A DNA stretch of 64,000 nt, from the NCBI GenBank assembly GCA_017411745.1, contig JAFQPM010000021.1, positions 1,349-65,348 on the forward strand, in the 5' to 3' direction. The DNA is from Clostridia bacterium. Its GTDB lineage: Bacteria > Bacillota > Clostridia > Oscillospirales > CAG-272. Each line of letters starts with the position of its first letter. Position 1 is the stretch's first letter. Shown one piece after another: positions 48,333 through 58,690 of the stretch. A program made the translations under genes and the position numbers. Below the pieces are notes generated by a model. That model was given only the letters and a program-made list of their open reading frames with translations, did no database searches and had not been told where the DNA came from.

Positions 48333-49805
48333 ATGAAGAAGATCATTAGCAATTTGCTTGTGGTTGCATTGCTGATAGGCTCCCTTCTCGGCTGCCTGTC
48401 AGCGTGCGACGCTTCAGGCAATACAAACGAAACAACCGGCACCGAGGATCCGACCACCGAATCCACAGCGCAAAGCGGAGACAACTCCACGGAGGAAGAT
48501 CAAAGCACTACCGAGAGTGAAAGTGAAAGCGAGAGCGAGAGCGAAAGTGAAACTACACCTCCCGACGTTCACGTTGACTACGCATCTGAGGTAAAGCTGG
48601 ATATGAACTCTGATACTCTTAAACAAGAGGTAACGGTAAAAGCGTTCATAGACGGTGACACCACTCACTTCAACGTGCCTACCTCACTTATTGAGACAGG
48701 CGTTATCAAAGCGAGATATCTCGCTATCAATACCCCCGAGTCCACGGGTAAGATTGAGGAGTGGGGCAAAACGGCAGCCGCATTTACCAAGGAAAAGCTT
48801 TCTTCTGCTACGTCTATCATTATCGAGTCGGACACCGAAACGCTCAACGCGGATTCCACGGGAGACAGATATATGCTCTGGATCTGGTACAAGACTGCCG
48901 AAAGTGACGAGTATCGCAATCTCAATATCGAGATCCTGCAGAATGGATTGGCGATCGCCTCCAACTCCTCAAACAACCGATACGGCGAAACCTGTATGGC
49001 GGCAATCAATCAGGCGAGAGCCGAAAAGCTGTGTGTTTATTCGGGAGTAAAGGATCCCAACTTCTATTATGGCGAATCGATAGAGCTCACTCTCAAGGAG
49101 CTTCGTTGCAACATCGAAAGCTATAACGGAATGAAGGTTGCCTTCAACGGAATCGTAACTCAGGATCACGACAACGCAGTTTACGTCGAAAGCTACGACG
49201 AGGAGACTGACGTTTGGTACGGAATGTATATTTACTACGGCTTCAATATGAATGGCACCGCCCTTGAGATCCTTTCCGTAGGAAACGAAGTAAGGATCGT
49301 TGGCACCGTGTCCTACTATGAAACTGGCAATACTTATCAGGTCTCGGGACTTTCTTACCGTATGATGAAGCCCGACGATCCCTCTAACATCCAGAAAATA
49401 AGCGATGGTCACGAGCCCGTATATCTTCCCACTTCCCCCGAGCGTTATGCAAACGGTAAGGTTGACGTAACACTCACGGACAGCGAAGACAACGCAACCA
49501 CGACCACCTACGATTACGCCGCCCTCGCGATATACTCCTCCATCTCTATGGAAGGACTTTACGTAAAGAGCGCGTATACTACCACCAATCCGGCAAGTGA
49601 CGATTTCGGCGCTATGACTCTTATCTGCGAAGCAAACGGTGTGACTATTCAGATCCGCACCACTGTCTTCCGAGATGAGAACGGCGAACTCATCACTACC
49701 GACCACTATGAAGGCAAGACCATTGACGTAAAAGGAATCATTGAATATTTCAGCGGTGACTATCAGATCAAGGTCTTCAATCAGAACGATATTATTATCA
49801 AGTAA
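48333..49805 (+). CDS. Thermonuclease (SNase) lipoprotein with C-terminal OB folds
   Basis: Lipobox LSAC; IDGDT, RYLAINTPES, DSTGDRY, NIEILQNGLA. Confidence 0.85.
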   Translation: MKKIISNLLVVALLIGSLLGCLSACDASGNTNETTGTEDPTTESTAQSGDNSTEEDQSTTESESESESESESETTPPDVHVDYASEVKLDMNSDTLKQEVTVKAFIDGDTTHFNVPTSLIETGVIKARYLAINTPESTGKIEEWGKTAAAFTKEKLSSATSIIIESDTETLNADSTGDRYMLWIWYKTAESDEYRNLNIEILQNGLAIASNSSNNRYGETCMAAINQARAEKLCVYSGVKDPNFYYGESIELTLKELRCNIESYNGMKVAFNGIVTQDHDNAVYVESYDEETDVWYGMYIYYGFNMNGTALEILSVGNEVRIVGTVSYYETGNTYQVSGLSYRMMKPDDPSNIQKISDGHEPVYLPTSPERYANGKVDVTLTDSEDNATTTTYDYAALAIYSSISMEGLYVKSAYTTTNPASDDFGAMTLICEANGVTIQIRTTVFRDENGELITTDHYEGKTIDVKGIIEYFSGDYQIKVFNQNDIIIK

Positions 49806-49838
49806 TAATATAAAATAAAAACTCTAAAAGGAGACGTT

Positions 49839-52703
49839 ATGAAAAAGCTAATTGCATTTTGTTTAGCAATGCTCTTGTGCCTTTCTGTTTTTGCGGCTTG
49901 TGATACCGGTAAGGGTAACGAAGAAACAACCGCAGGCAAGGAAGAAACCACTGCAGGTAAAGAAGAAACCACTGCAGGCAAGGAAGAAACCACTACAGGC
50001 AAGGAAGAAACTACCACCGAGGGTACTGAAGAGACCACGACAGAGGAAACTACTACTCCCGGATCCGCGTACGATGTAGAAGCAGCTGCTGCATTCCTTG
50101 ACGCTCAGTATAAGAACGCAGACACGATTACCCCGGTTGACTATGAGGTGTTCGGTCAAGTAATGGTCGGTCTCGACAAATACATGGTTTCTTGGACAAC
50201 TGACAGCGATAAGGTCACTGCAGTTGAGGGTAGCCCCAAGTGGACCATCCAGGTTGACGAGCTCTCTCTTGAGACTGTTAACTATAAGATCATCGGTACA
50301 ATTACTGCTCCCGACGGAACGACTGCTACCGTTTCTTACGATCGCGTAGTTCCTAAATTTGAAGTTACCTCCTTCGAGGACTATATGGCGGCTGAAGAGG
50401 GCACATCCGTTACCGTTGCAGGTATCGTTGTCGGTATCAACGCTAAGAGCGCAGGCAATACCAGAAACCACCTCTTTCTCGCTGACGTTGACGGCAAGGG
50501 CGGTTACTACTGCTACCAGCTCGAGCAGGATCCCCTTGAGGAAGGTGTTGCACTCGGTATGACCGTAGCCGTTACTGCTCCCGTAACTCCCTACAACGGA
50601 ATGCAGGAGACTAAGGGCGGCGGTTTCGTAATCATTGATGAGACCATCAAGGAAGTTTCCGTTCATGATATCACCGACAAGTTCGCAGCAGGCGAGGACC
50701 TTTGGAATTACGTAGGTCTCGTAGTAACCATTAAGGGCGTTACCATTGGAGCCCAGGAGCTTGAGAAGGATACTTCTCAATATCTCTGGTTTGCTATCGG
50801 CGAAAAGACCGGATACGTAAGAACCTACGTAACCGACTTCCCCACCACTCTTAAGGCAGAAGACAAGTCTACCATCGACGAAGCGCATGCAGCAAACTTC
50901 GGTAACACTGCAGACGCTACCGGTATCCTTATTTTCTACGGCACTCAGCCCTACCTCATTCCTGTTAGCACCGATTGCTTCTCTAACTACCAGGTAGTTA
51001 CCAAGACCGATGCTGAAAAGGTTGAGGCTGAAAAGGAAGCTGTTTCCGTAAATGATCGTATCACTGAAGATACAACCATTACTCTCCCCTCAGTTGGTCA
51101 GTATTATGATGACGTTACTATTACTTGGACCGTAGATAACGAGGCATACACCATCACTGACGGCAAGCTGGTAATTGCTCTCGGTGAAGAGCAGGCAACT
51201 CTTAAGCTTACTGCAACTATCACCTGTGGTGAAGTTGCCGAAACCAAGGAGTTTGAACTTAAGATCGATGCAGCAGCTACCGATATTTATGTTGCTAAAC
51301 CCGTAACTACTCCCGAAGCAGATACCGCATACAAATTCTTCCTCGTACAGGGAAATCTTGGCCAGACCCTCTACCTCACAGGTGAGGTTAGCGGCAGATA
51401 CCTTGTTACTACCGACAAGGCTGCTCAGGCTGTTGACGTTTACGCAGAAGCAGTTGAAGGCGGCTTCAAGTTCTACATTCTCGTTGACGACGCAAAGCAG
51501 TACATCACCGTTTACAACAACGCAGATAATAAGCTTTCCGTTAAGTTTGACGCAGAGGGCACGTCCGTATACGCTTACAACGCAACCGTTAATGCTTGGG
51601 TAACCAACATGGACGGAACCGACTACTATCTCGGTACGTACAACACATACAACACTGTAAGTGCTTCCAAGCTTTCTTATATCACCGCTGAGAACACCGG
51701 CGTAAGCCAGTTCCCCGCAGGTGTCGGTTCCTTCGAGCTCGCGACAGAAAAAGAAGAGCACGTTTGCGAGTTTGCAGATGCTACCTGCACTTCCCCCAAG
51801 ACCTGCGCATGCGGCAAGACTGAGGGAGAGGCTCTCGGTCATAACATCGTTGAGAATGTTTGCCAAAACTGTGGTGCAAAGGTTGTAACCGTTACCGAGG
51901 CAGCGGCTCTTGAGGACGGAACTCTCGTTCTTATCAACGCCACCGTTTCTAAGATTACCTACAACTGGAGCGATTCCAGCAAGAACATGTCCGTTGATAT
52001 CACCGACGGCACTACTACCCTTAACGCATATAAGCTTGGTTCCAAGGTTGGCGCAGGCGATGTAATTATCGTTTACGGTAAGGTTGGCTCCTACAAGGAC
52101 AATAAGCAGATCGTTGATGCAACAGCTGAAGTCGTTACCGCTCACACCTGCACCGAGTTCACCGATGCTACTTGTGACGCTCCCAAGACCTGCACAGTTT
52201 GCGGTGCAACCGAGGGCGAAGCTCTTGGACACAACTACGTAGACGGTATTTGTGACCGTGATGGTTGTGGCGCAGAGAAGCCTGCTTCCACCACCTACAC
52301 CTTTGCTGACTATGAAGCAGGCGAGCAGTACGCAGCAGGCGAAGTCCATAAGCTCGACGATAACGTAACCGTTACCACCACTGACTGTCACTTCACCACT
52401 CAACTTAGACTTTACTACAGCGAAGTTAACGATTGGAATCCTAACGGACGCAACGGCGTTGCAGTATTTGCAATGACCTCTGCAGTAAAGAGCCTTTCCC
52501 TTAATGCTGGCGAAAAGGCTGGCCCCATGGCAGTTTACGGTTCTACTGATGGTGAGACCTGGACTCTTATCACTACTATCGATGTAACCTCTACCTACAC
52601 CGACTACAATGTAGAGCTTGGCGAAACCGCTTATACATTCATTAAGCTCGCTGCTACTGAGAAGCAAGTAAGAGTTGCATCTATAACCATCGAGCTTGCA
52701 TAA
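49839..52703 (+). CDS. Large surface lipoprotein with OB-fold, Ig-like and Cys/His-rich repeat domains
   Basis: Lipobox FAAC; KEETTAG repeats; VTVAGIVV..LFLAD..GGYY and VGAGDVIIVYGKVGSY OB-like segments; ATCT.PKTC..CG.TEGEALGH repeats. Confidence 0.7.
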   Translation: MKKLIAFCLAMLLCLSVFAACDTGKGNEETTAGKEETTAGKEETTAGKEETTTGKEETTTEGTEETTTEETTTPGSAYDVEAAAAFLDAQYKNADTITPVDYEVFGQVMVGLDKYMVSWTTDSDKVTAVEGSPKWTIQVDELSLETVNYKIIGTITAPDGTTATVSYDRVVPKFEVTSFEDYMAAEEGTSVTVAGIVVGINAKSAGNTRNHLFLADVDGKGGYYCYQLEQDPLEEGVALGMTVAVTAPVTPYNGMQETKGGGFVIIDETIKEVSVHDITDKFAAGEDLWNYVGLVVTIKGVTIGAQELEKDTSQYLWFAIGEKTGYVRTYVTDFPTTLKAEDKSTIDEAHAANFGNTADATGILIFYGTQPYLIPVSTDCFSNYQVVTKTDAEKVEAEKEAVSVNDRITEDTTITLPSVGQYYDDVTITWTVDNEAYTITDGKLVIALGEEQATLKLTATITCGEVAETKEFELKIDAAATDIYVAKPVTTPEADTAYKFFLVQGNLGQTLYLTGEVSGRYLVTTDKAAQAVDVYAEAVEGGFKFYILVDDAKQYITVYNNADNKLSVKFDAEGTSVYAYNATVNAWVTNMDGTDYYLGTYNTYNTVSASKLSYITAENTGVSQFPAGVGSFELATEKEEHVCEFADATCTSPKTCACGKTEGEALGHNIVENVCQNCGAKVVTVTEAAALEDGTLVLINATVSKITYNWSDSSKNMSVDITDGTTTLNAYKLGSKVGAGDVIIVYGKVGSYKDNKQIVDATAEVVTAHTCTEFTDATCDAPKTCTVCGATEGEALGHNYVDGICDRDGCGAEKPASTTYTFADYEAGEQYAAGEVHKLDDNVTVTTTDCHFTTQLRLYYSEVNDWNPNGRNGVAVFAMTSAVKSLSLNAGEKAGPMAVYGSTDGETWTLITTIDVTSTYTDYNVELGETAYTFIKLAATEKQVRVASITIELA

Positions 52704-52744
52704 TTTTACATAACTTAACAGTTTGTTCGGATAAAACCGAGTAA

Positions 52745-52788
52745 AACAAGCCATCCGCGGCAAATTGCCGCGGATGGCTTGTTTTTTT
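52745..52788 (+). terminator. Rho-independent terminator
   Basis: AAACAAGCCATCCGCGGCAA-A-TTGCCGCGGATGGCTTGTTTTTTT. Confidence 0.85.
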
Positions 52789-52860
52789 GACAAAAGTATT
52801 GAAAAAAAACAATTATTGTGGTATAATGACTCGTGAAATTTAACTTCGAAAGGTCAAAAT

Positions 52861-54114
52861 ATGAAATCGTACAATAAGATCCTGTCGCTTTTGCTGGCAT
52901 TAGCGATTTTTGTCACCGCTTTTACAAGCTGTGATCTGTTTTCTGATTCGGGCAGCTTGTCGGGTGAGACCACTACCGAAAGCTCAAGCGACAACTCTAC
53001 CACCTTCCCTGCCGAGGACACTTCGGACGAATACATATCCACCGAGCAACCGACAGAAAGCATCACAAACGAAAACGTATCGACGCAGGAAACCGAAACG
53101 ACAGAAGCTGGCAGCTCCGAAACAGAGCCGCCGGAAACAACGGAATCCTCCGAAATCGGATCAACCGAAGCAACGGAGGCTGACAGTTCCGAAACCGAGT
53201 CAACCGAAACCGAGCGAGGCGAGCTTGAAAAGCGGCCTCTTGAGGAGATCATTGAGGCGGTCAACTCTCCTTCGGATTATGCCCCTGCGGGAAGCTACGA
53301 GGAGGCGTTGGATCGCTCTCAAAACGGCGAGCTTTCGGGTTATCCGTTCGTTCCCGACCAAGCACCCATTATCTCGGAGTACCAACCTACAAAAGACGGA
53401 AAACTCATCAAAAACAACGATTCATATTACCTTGATCATAATACGTACGTTGTAATCGATGCCTACGGTCGCGAGGTCTTTCGTATCTATCGCGGAGGCG
53501 CGTATATAACGCTTGAGGAGGTTGCCGCATACGTCTACGCTTTCGGCACCTACCCCGCTAATCACACCGCGAAAAAGGCCACAAGTGTTTCAGGCAACAT
53601 CTGGGGGATATATCTGCGCTCCAATCATTCAAGATTCAGCGGCAACACCTCAAAATATCCCTACGAGCCCGAGCTTCCGCGTATCAGTGGCTGTGGCGGA
53701 GATCTTCAATACTGGGAGATGGACATCGGAACAACGGGCACAGATTGCGATCCGGGTTACCCTTCCACGATATATAACAACGGTACTAAGATCACTCGCG
53801 GCGCCGCAAGGATCGTTTATACGTGGAATGACCTCAACAATAACGGCATAAACGACGGTAACGACGTGGTTTTCGTCTTCTACACCTACAACCACTACAA
53901 TGATTTCCAAGAATATCTGAATTATTACGGCGGCTGGGGAGAAATGTTCGGAAACATTACGGGAGGCGGTAAGATCTCGAGCAAGACCGACTACAATCCC
54001 ACCGAGTACGTGCCCGTATATACGGGGAGCCTTAAGGACGGTATCGCCAAGACCGAATATATTATGTTCGCTTGGGTAGACCGCCGCGCATTCGAGCTTC
54101 TCTTGAACGCATAA
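52861..54114 (+). CDS. Barnase/T1-like ribonuclease lipoprotein
   Basis: Lipobox FTSC; EVAAYV..FGTYPAN, YWEMDI, RGAARIVY, FYTYNHYNDF; own promoter TTGAAA-17-TATAAT at 52799-52827. Confidence 0.75.
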   Translation: MKSYNKILSLLLALAIFVTAFTSCDLFSDSGSLSGETTTESSSDNSTTFPAEDTSDEYISTEQPTESITNENVSTQETETTEAGSSETEPPETTESSEIGSTEATEADSSETESTETERGELEKRPLEEIIEAVNSPSDYAPAGSYEEALDRSQNGELSGYPFVPDQAPIISEYQPTKDGKLIKNNDSYYLDHNTYVVIDAYGREVFRIYRGGAYITLEEVAAYVYAFGTYPANHTAKKATSVSGNIWGIYLRSNHSRFSGNTSKYPYEPELPRISGCGGDLQYWEMDIGTTGTDCDPGYPSTIYNNGTKITRGAARIVYTWNDLNNNGINDGNDVVFVFYTYNHYNDFQEYLNYYGGWGEMFGNITGGGKISSKTDYNPTEYVPVYTGSLKDGIAKTEYIMFAWVDRRAFELLLNA

Positions 54115-54126
54115 CCGCATAACATT

Positions 54127-54163
54127 AAAAATACCGACGAGTTGTGTTCGTCGGTATTTTTTT
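54127..54163. terminator. Bidirectional terminator
   Basis: AAAAATACCGACGA..TCGTCGGTATTTTT. Confidence 0.8.
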
Positions 54164-54164
54164 A

Positions 54165-54887
54165 TCATAAGTTCAAATCTTTCAGTTTTTCATAAACCGC
54201 AAAGTCAGTCTTATGCGGAGTGATCGGAGTAACCGATATCCAACCGTTACAGATCGCGTTGATATCGCTGTTGGGATTTACCTCGTCGGACGTCACGGGC
54301 GCGCCTACCTGAATATACATATCCTCCCCTCTGCACTCAAAAGCATCGGAAAAATACATGCCTCCCTGATGAGTGACCTTGAATTCACTGCTTCCAAGCG
54401 GGATATTGACGTTATAGAGCCCGTTCAGCTCAAAAAGACGGTTTTTGCAGATATATTCCCAAACCGCATCCAAGCGTTCTACCGAGTCGTCAAAGCTTTG
54501 CGGATCGGTAGAGAGCGCCAATCCCTTGACACCGAGCCTTGAGCCCTCCAAAATTGCCGCAACCGTACCCGAATAAGATATGTCGTGTCCAACGTTGAAT
54601 CCACGGTTAATTCCGGATATAACAAGGTCATATTCCCTGCCAAGTCCTAAAACTCCAAATCTCACACAATCTGCGGGAGTAGAATCCATAGCATAAGCCT
54701 CGATATCGCCGCCGATCAACACCTTTTTGATCTCAACGGCATTTCGTATCTCTATTCCCTGACTCTTGGCACTCTGCTCGACCTTAGGTGCGACTATGAC
54801 TACCTCGCCAAGCTTTTGCGCCCACCTTACAAGACGCGGTAAAACGGGCGAGAATATGCCGTCATCGTTTGTAATAAGTATTCTCAT
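54165..54887 (-). CDS. surE: 5'/3'-nucleotidase SurE
   Basis: ILITNDDG, TPADCV, ISGINRGFN, YSGTVAA. Confidence 0.92.
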   Translation of the reverse strand: MRILITNDDGIFSPVLPRLVRWAQKLGEVVIVAPKVEQSAKSQGIEIRNAVEIKKVLIGGDIEAYAMDSTPADCVRFGVLGLGREYDLVISGINRGFNVGHDISYSGTVAAILEGSRLGVKGLALSTDPQSFDDSVERLDAVWEYICKNRLFELNGLYNVNIPLGSSEFKVTHQGGMYFSDAFECRGEDMYIQVGAPVTSDEVNPNSDINAICNGWISVTPITPHKTDFAVYEKLKDLNL

Positions 54888-55864
54888 AGCCACCCCGTAT
54901 TGTTTGCCTTATATTCGCCAAGTCGCTTATCAGCCTCTTTCAAAAGCTTCTTTGCCTCATCAATGCTGTACACAGTAGCGCCCGCCGCACAGGCATGTCC
55001 TCCGCCGTGATAGCGCTCTGCAAGCTCGCTTATCGTAACGAATCTCGAGCGCAAACGGACACGGATCGAACCGTCATCACTTTCAATGAAAGCGATCCAT
55101 ATAAGACTACCCTTGATAGAGTCCATATACGACACCGCCGTGCACGCTTGCTCAAACGTCAGCCCAAATTTTTCCTGCATCGCACGGTCTACGTACATAT
55201 ACGCGACCTTGTTTTTTGTGAGTTTTATTTTTCCGTAAACGTAGCTCTTAAACTTCAGCTCCTCAAACGGATCAAGATAAAGATTGGCGTAAATAATGTC
55301 GGTATCTATGCCAACGTCAAGCATAGTTCCCGCATAGCGCATAGTATCTCCCGAAACGGATCTGAATCTGAAGCGTCCCGAATCGGTCACCATTCCCGTA
55401 TAAATATACGTCGCCGCCTCTTTGTTGATCTTCAACTCGTCATGGAACGTATCGTAAAACTTCGCGATCATTTCGCAAGAAGACGACCTCTCCTCCTCTA
55501 CCCACATATAATCTCCGTAAGGAGCGATGTCGATATGATGGTCGATCTTGACCAGCTCCTTGCAAAGAGAGTACTTAGGATTGGATATACGCTCCACCGT
55601 GGCAGTGTCTATAACGATACCGAGAGCATCCTTGTAAAAATCATCGTCTCTCGGCTCATCCTCGTCGCCAAGAAACGCCATATAATCGGAATAGTCGTTA
55701 TTAAGCAAGCATACTTCCTTTTCGGGATAGGTAATTCTCAATATCTCGCGCAACCCCTTGGTCGAGCCTACGGCGTCTCCATCAGGGCGCTTATGGCGAA
55801 AAATGATTATACGATCATATTCCTTGATCTTCTCAAGTATGACCCTCATCTTCTCTAAACTCAT
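54884..55864 (-). CDS. nrnA: DHH/DHHA1 oligoribonuclease/pAp phosphatase
   Basis: HKRPDGDA, IDHH, TDSGRF, GGGHACAAG. Confidence 0.88.
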   Translation of the reverse strand: MSLEKMRVILEKIKEYDRIIIFRHKRPDGDAVGSTKGLREILRITYPEKEVCLLNNDYSDYMAFLGDEDEPRDDDFYKDALGIVIDTATVERISNPKYSLCKELVKIDHHIDIAPYGDYMWVEEERSSSCEMIAKFYDTFHDELKINKEAATYIYTGMVTDSGRFRFRSVSGDTMRYAGTMLDVGIDTDIIYANLYLDPFEELKFKSYVYGKIKLTKNKVAYMYVDRAMQEKFGLTFEQACTAVSYMDSIKGSLIWIAFIESDDGSIRVRLRSRFVTISELAERYHGGGHACAAGATVYSIDEAKKLLKEADKRLGEYKANNTGWL

Positions 55865-56805
55865 ATTCTTCCCTCCGTAACGTCCTTAAGATCGGACAGC
55901 ATCTGCATAGCTTCTTCGCGATCCTTCAAGGTAGCACCGCTTGCCTTTGCGTGACCGCCTCCGCCGTATTTTTTAGCTATCGGATTGATATTGTGAACAC
56001 TTGAGCGTATTTCGGTCAAAACGCCCTCCTCGGCTTCGGTAAAGTTGACCCATACCTCTACTCCGCGGATCTCACCCATCGTGTTGACCATTCCGCGCGA
56101 AAGCGTAAAGCTGTCAGCCTCATACCCTTCCGCTTCCTCTCGTGTAGTGTATATGTACGCGACCTTGCCGCCCTCGCAGATCTGAATTTTCAATACAAAC
56201 TGCGCGCGCAGCTTTATAAAGCGGAAGTCGTCCGTATAAAGATTTCTGTATATATCCTCGGTGCTGAATTTCTGCTCCATAAGGAACGCCGCCAGCCTGA
56301 ACGTCTGCGACGACGTAGAATCGTAGCGGAATCTGCCCGAATCGGTGATCATACCCGTGTAAAGCGACTTTGCCGCAAGAGGACTTAATTTCCAACCGCA
56401 CTCCATAGCAAGCGCCGTGATCAAGCCACAGCAGCTTTCGTACGAGGTGTCGGTAACCTCAATCTCTGCGATCTCCTCACAGAAAATATGATGGTCAATA
56501 CGCACTACCCTATCAGCCATAGTATATCTTTCGTCGCTTATCAAAGCCTTTGCAGAGGTGTCAAGAATGATCGCCAGAGCGCCGCTGTAATCGGCATCTG
56601 ACACGTCGTCCATTATAGAATCCTCCATAAATCCAAAGCGCTCGGACGCGTCACCGACGCACAATACGCGTTTTTGAGGATAGTTATCTTTAATTAGATT
56701 CTTAAGACCTATCTGGCTGCCCAAAGCATCACCGTCGGGCTTTTTGTGACGGTGTATTATGATAGTATCGTACGATTCGATACAGTTTAATATCTGTTCA
56801 AACAT
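55861..56805 (-). CDS. nrnA: DHH/DHHA1 oligoribonuclease/pAp phosphatase (second copy)
   Basis: HKKPDGDA, IDHH, TDSGRF, GGGHAKASG. Confidence 0.88.
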   Translation of the reverse strand: MFEQILNCIESYDTIIIHRHKKPDGDALGSQIGLKNLIKDNYPQKRVLCVGDASERFGFMEDSIMDDVSDADYSGALAIILDTSAKALISDERYTMADRVVRIDHHIFCEEIAEIEVTDTSYESCCGLITALAMECGWKLSPLAAKSLYTGMITDSGRFRYDSTSSQTFRLAAFLMEQKFSTEDIYRNLYTDDFRFIKLRAQFVLKIQICEGGKVAYIYTTREEAEGYEADSFTLSRGMVNTMGEIRGVEVWVNFTEAEEGVLTEIRSSVHNINPIAKKYGGGGHAKASGATLKDREEAMQMLSDLKDVTEGRI

Positions 56806-56817
56806 ATTTTTCTCCTA

Positions 56818-58017
56818 TTATTCAAAGTATCCTCGATATTTCACCTGAAGCGTGCTGTTCGGGAACATATACTGATACAGATCGATAAAATAGTCGTCGG
56901 TCATACTTGCGATATAATCTATTACGATCTGATTAGGCTCACACGCCTCATAAGGAGTTGAGCGCTTGTAGTGCGCGGAATTCACGTAATCAATGTGATG
57001 CGTGAAGATCGGCGAGGATCTGCGCTCGTTTTTGAGATCATCAAGCAACTGGTCGTATATCTCACTCATCATAGGACGCACCGTCGCACCAAGATTAGCC
57101 ATAGGTGCGGCATTGTTGTATATCATCTGATAATTTTCACGCTTTGACTTCTGCAAAGCCTTAAAATGCTTGCTATCAAGCTTGATATACGGCTTTCCGT
57201 AGCTGTTTTCAATAACGTTGACCACAAGATTATTTATAATCTCCGCATTTATCGACCCTATGTCCTCGTTAAAGAACATACTCTCGTGCGCTATATTGGC
57301 GCGTATAGCGTCCTGGCGATCCTTGCCAAGATACGCAATTATATCGGCAAGACGAACGACGGCAGCCTCCATAGTAGACGGCATCAGCGAGGCGTGGAAG
57401 GAGCTATCCGTATAGCAGCGCTCGATCATTTTATCGAATTCTGCAAAGCTGTTTACGGGAACCGGATGATACTCCTCACATTCTATCTCACCGTTGTGGC
57501 TGGCTATACCGTTCAAGGTCTGCAAGCTGATATTGTACGGAAATATCCCATCCAATACACGAACCGATTGCAGATTGTGGGCGAATATTCGTCCCGTGTG
57601 CGCCAAGCTTAATTCATTCAAATAAGCCTCCCCCGTATGAGCAAACGGCGGGTGACCGATATCATGACCCAAGGCGATAGCTTCTATAAGATCGACGTTG
57701 AGATGCAAAGCCGCGCCTATCGTTCTCGATATTCGTGAAACTAGCTGAACGTGCAGACTTCTGCGTGTTATATCGTCATTTTTACAAAGCGAAAAGACCT
57801 GGGTCTTGTCCGTATATCGATTATAGTACGGGCAGTGCAGAATTTTATCAATATCATGCACAAACGTCGGGCGCCAAACGGTCGCGTTGTCCTTCGCGAT
57901 ATTTTTTCGCCTGATTACAAGATCGTCCTTAAAGGAAACGTCGTTATATATACCCGTTTTCTTCGCCTCGGTTATCTGATTTGTTATCTCCTGTGACAAA
58001 GCTTCGTATTTTGGCAT
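56818..58017 (-). CDS. HD-domain dNTP triphosphohydrolase (dGTPase-like)
   Basis: DKTQVF, TRRSLH, GHDIGHPPFAHTGE, IASMTDDY. Confidence 0.88.
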   Translation of the reverse strand: MPKYEALSQEITNQITEAKKTGIYNDVSFKDDLVIRRKNIAKDNATVWRPTFVHDIDKILHCPYYNRYTDKTQVFSLCKNDDITRRSLHVQLVSRISRTIGAALHLNVDLIEAIALGHDIGHPPFAHTGEAYLNELSLAHTGRIFAHNLQSVRVLDGIFPYNISLQTLNGIASHNGEIECEEYHPVPVNSFAEFDKMIERCYTDSSFHASLMPSTMEAAVVRLADIIAYLGKDRQDAIRANIAHESMFFNEDIGSINAEIINNLVVNVIENSYGKPYIKLDSKHFKALQKSKRENYQMIYNNAAPMANLGATVRPMMSEIYDQLLDDLKNERRSSPIFTHHIDYVNSAHYKRSTPYEACEPNQIVIDYIASMTDDYFIDLYQYMFPNSTLQVKYRGYFE

Positions 58018-58038
58018 TATGCCTCCTATATATCACTG

Positions 58039-58689
58039 TTATTTCCAAATAAAATTATAATTTATCGACTCTCCGCCATCTACGAGTATGCTCTGCCCCG
58101 TACAGAAGCCGTTGACAGCCGTCAGAAAATATGCCCACTCGGCGATCTCCTCGGGTGTCGCCCATCTTTTCAGCGGAGTTTCTTCCATTATCTCCGCCCA
58201 AAGCTCAGGATCGTTAATAACACACTCGTTAAGCGGCGTAAGAACTCCCCCGGGGTCAAGACTGTTACAGGTCGCTCCGTATTTTGCGACCCTCATAGCC
58301 ACGTTTTTTGTGTAAGCAAGAACTCCGCCCTTGCTCGCGCAGTATTCGGGAAATTCCGCGCCCGTGTGCGCGCTCGCAGAGCCGATGCTGAGTATTGACT
58401 TGATACCCTCGCGAACACCGTATTTTTCGGTAATATGGATCAAAGCCTTGAGATTTATATCGATATCAGCCTCATTCTGTGTGCCGGCATTGTTGATAAG
58501 TATCTCGACGTCGTCAACCTCGGGCAGATTATCGTAATCGCGCACGTCGCAAACGTAATGGGTATATTTCTCACACGATATCGTGCTCTCCTGTCTATCT
58601 ATGCCAATGACCTCGTGCCCTCTATCCAAGAATATCTCAGATATCGCCTTGCCGATTCCCTGCGAAGTGCCCGTAATCAAAACCTTCAT
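58039..58689 (-). CDS. SDR-family oxidoreductase
   Basis: TGTSQGIG, NNAG, YCASK. Confidence 0.9.
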   Translation of the reverse strand: MKVLITGTSQGIGKAISEIFLDRGHEVIGIDRQESTISCEKYTHYVCDVRDYDNLPEVDDVEILINNAGTQNEADIDINLKALIHITEKYGVREGIKSILSIGSASAHTGAEFPEYCASKGGVLAYTKNVAMRVAKYGATCNSLDPGGVLTPLNECVINDPELWAEIMEETPLKRWATPEEIAEWAYFLTAVNGFCTGQSILVDGGESINYNFIWK

Positions 58690-58690
58690 T

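Noticed and set aside
49920-50020. 21-bp tandem repeats (also 46880-46990, 48510-48550, 62170-62247)
   Set aside because: In-frame low-complexity Glu/Thr/Ser linkers of lipoproteins; ordinary
51090-52793. 567-aa minus-strand ORF and similar long antisense ORFs (11537-12490, 30541-31503, 34306-35334, 46833-47807, 49863-50888, 59663-60769)
   Set aside because: They shadow well-supported genes on the other strand, show no motifs, and are expected from codon bias
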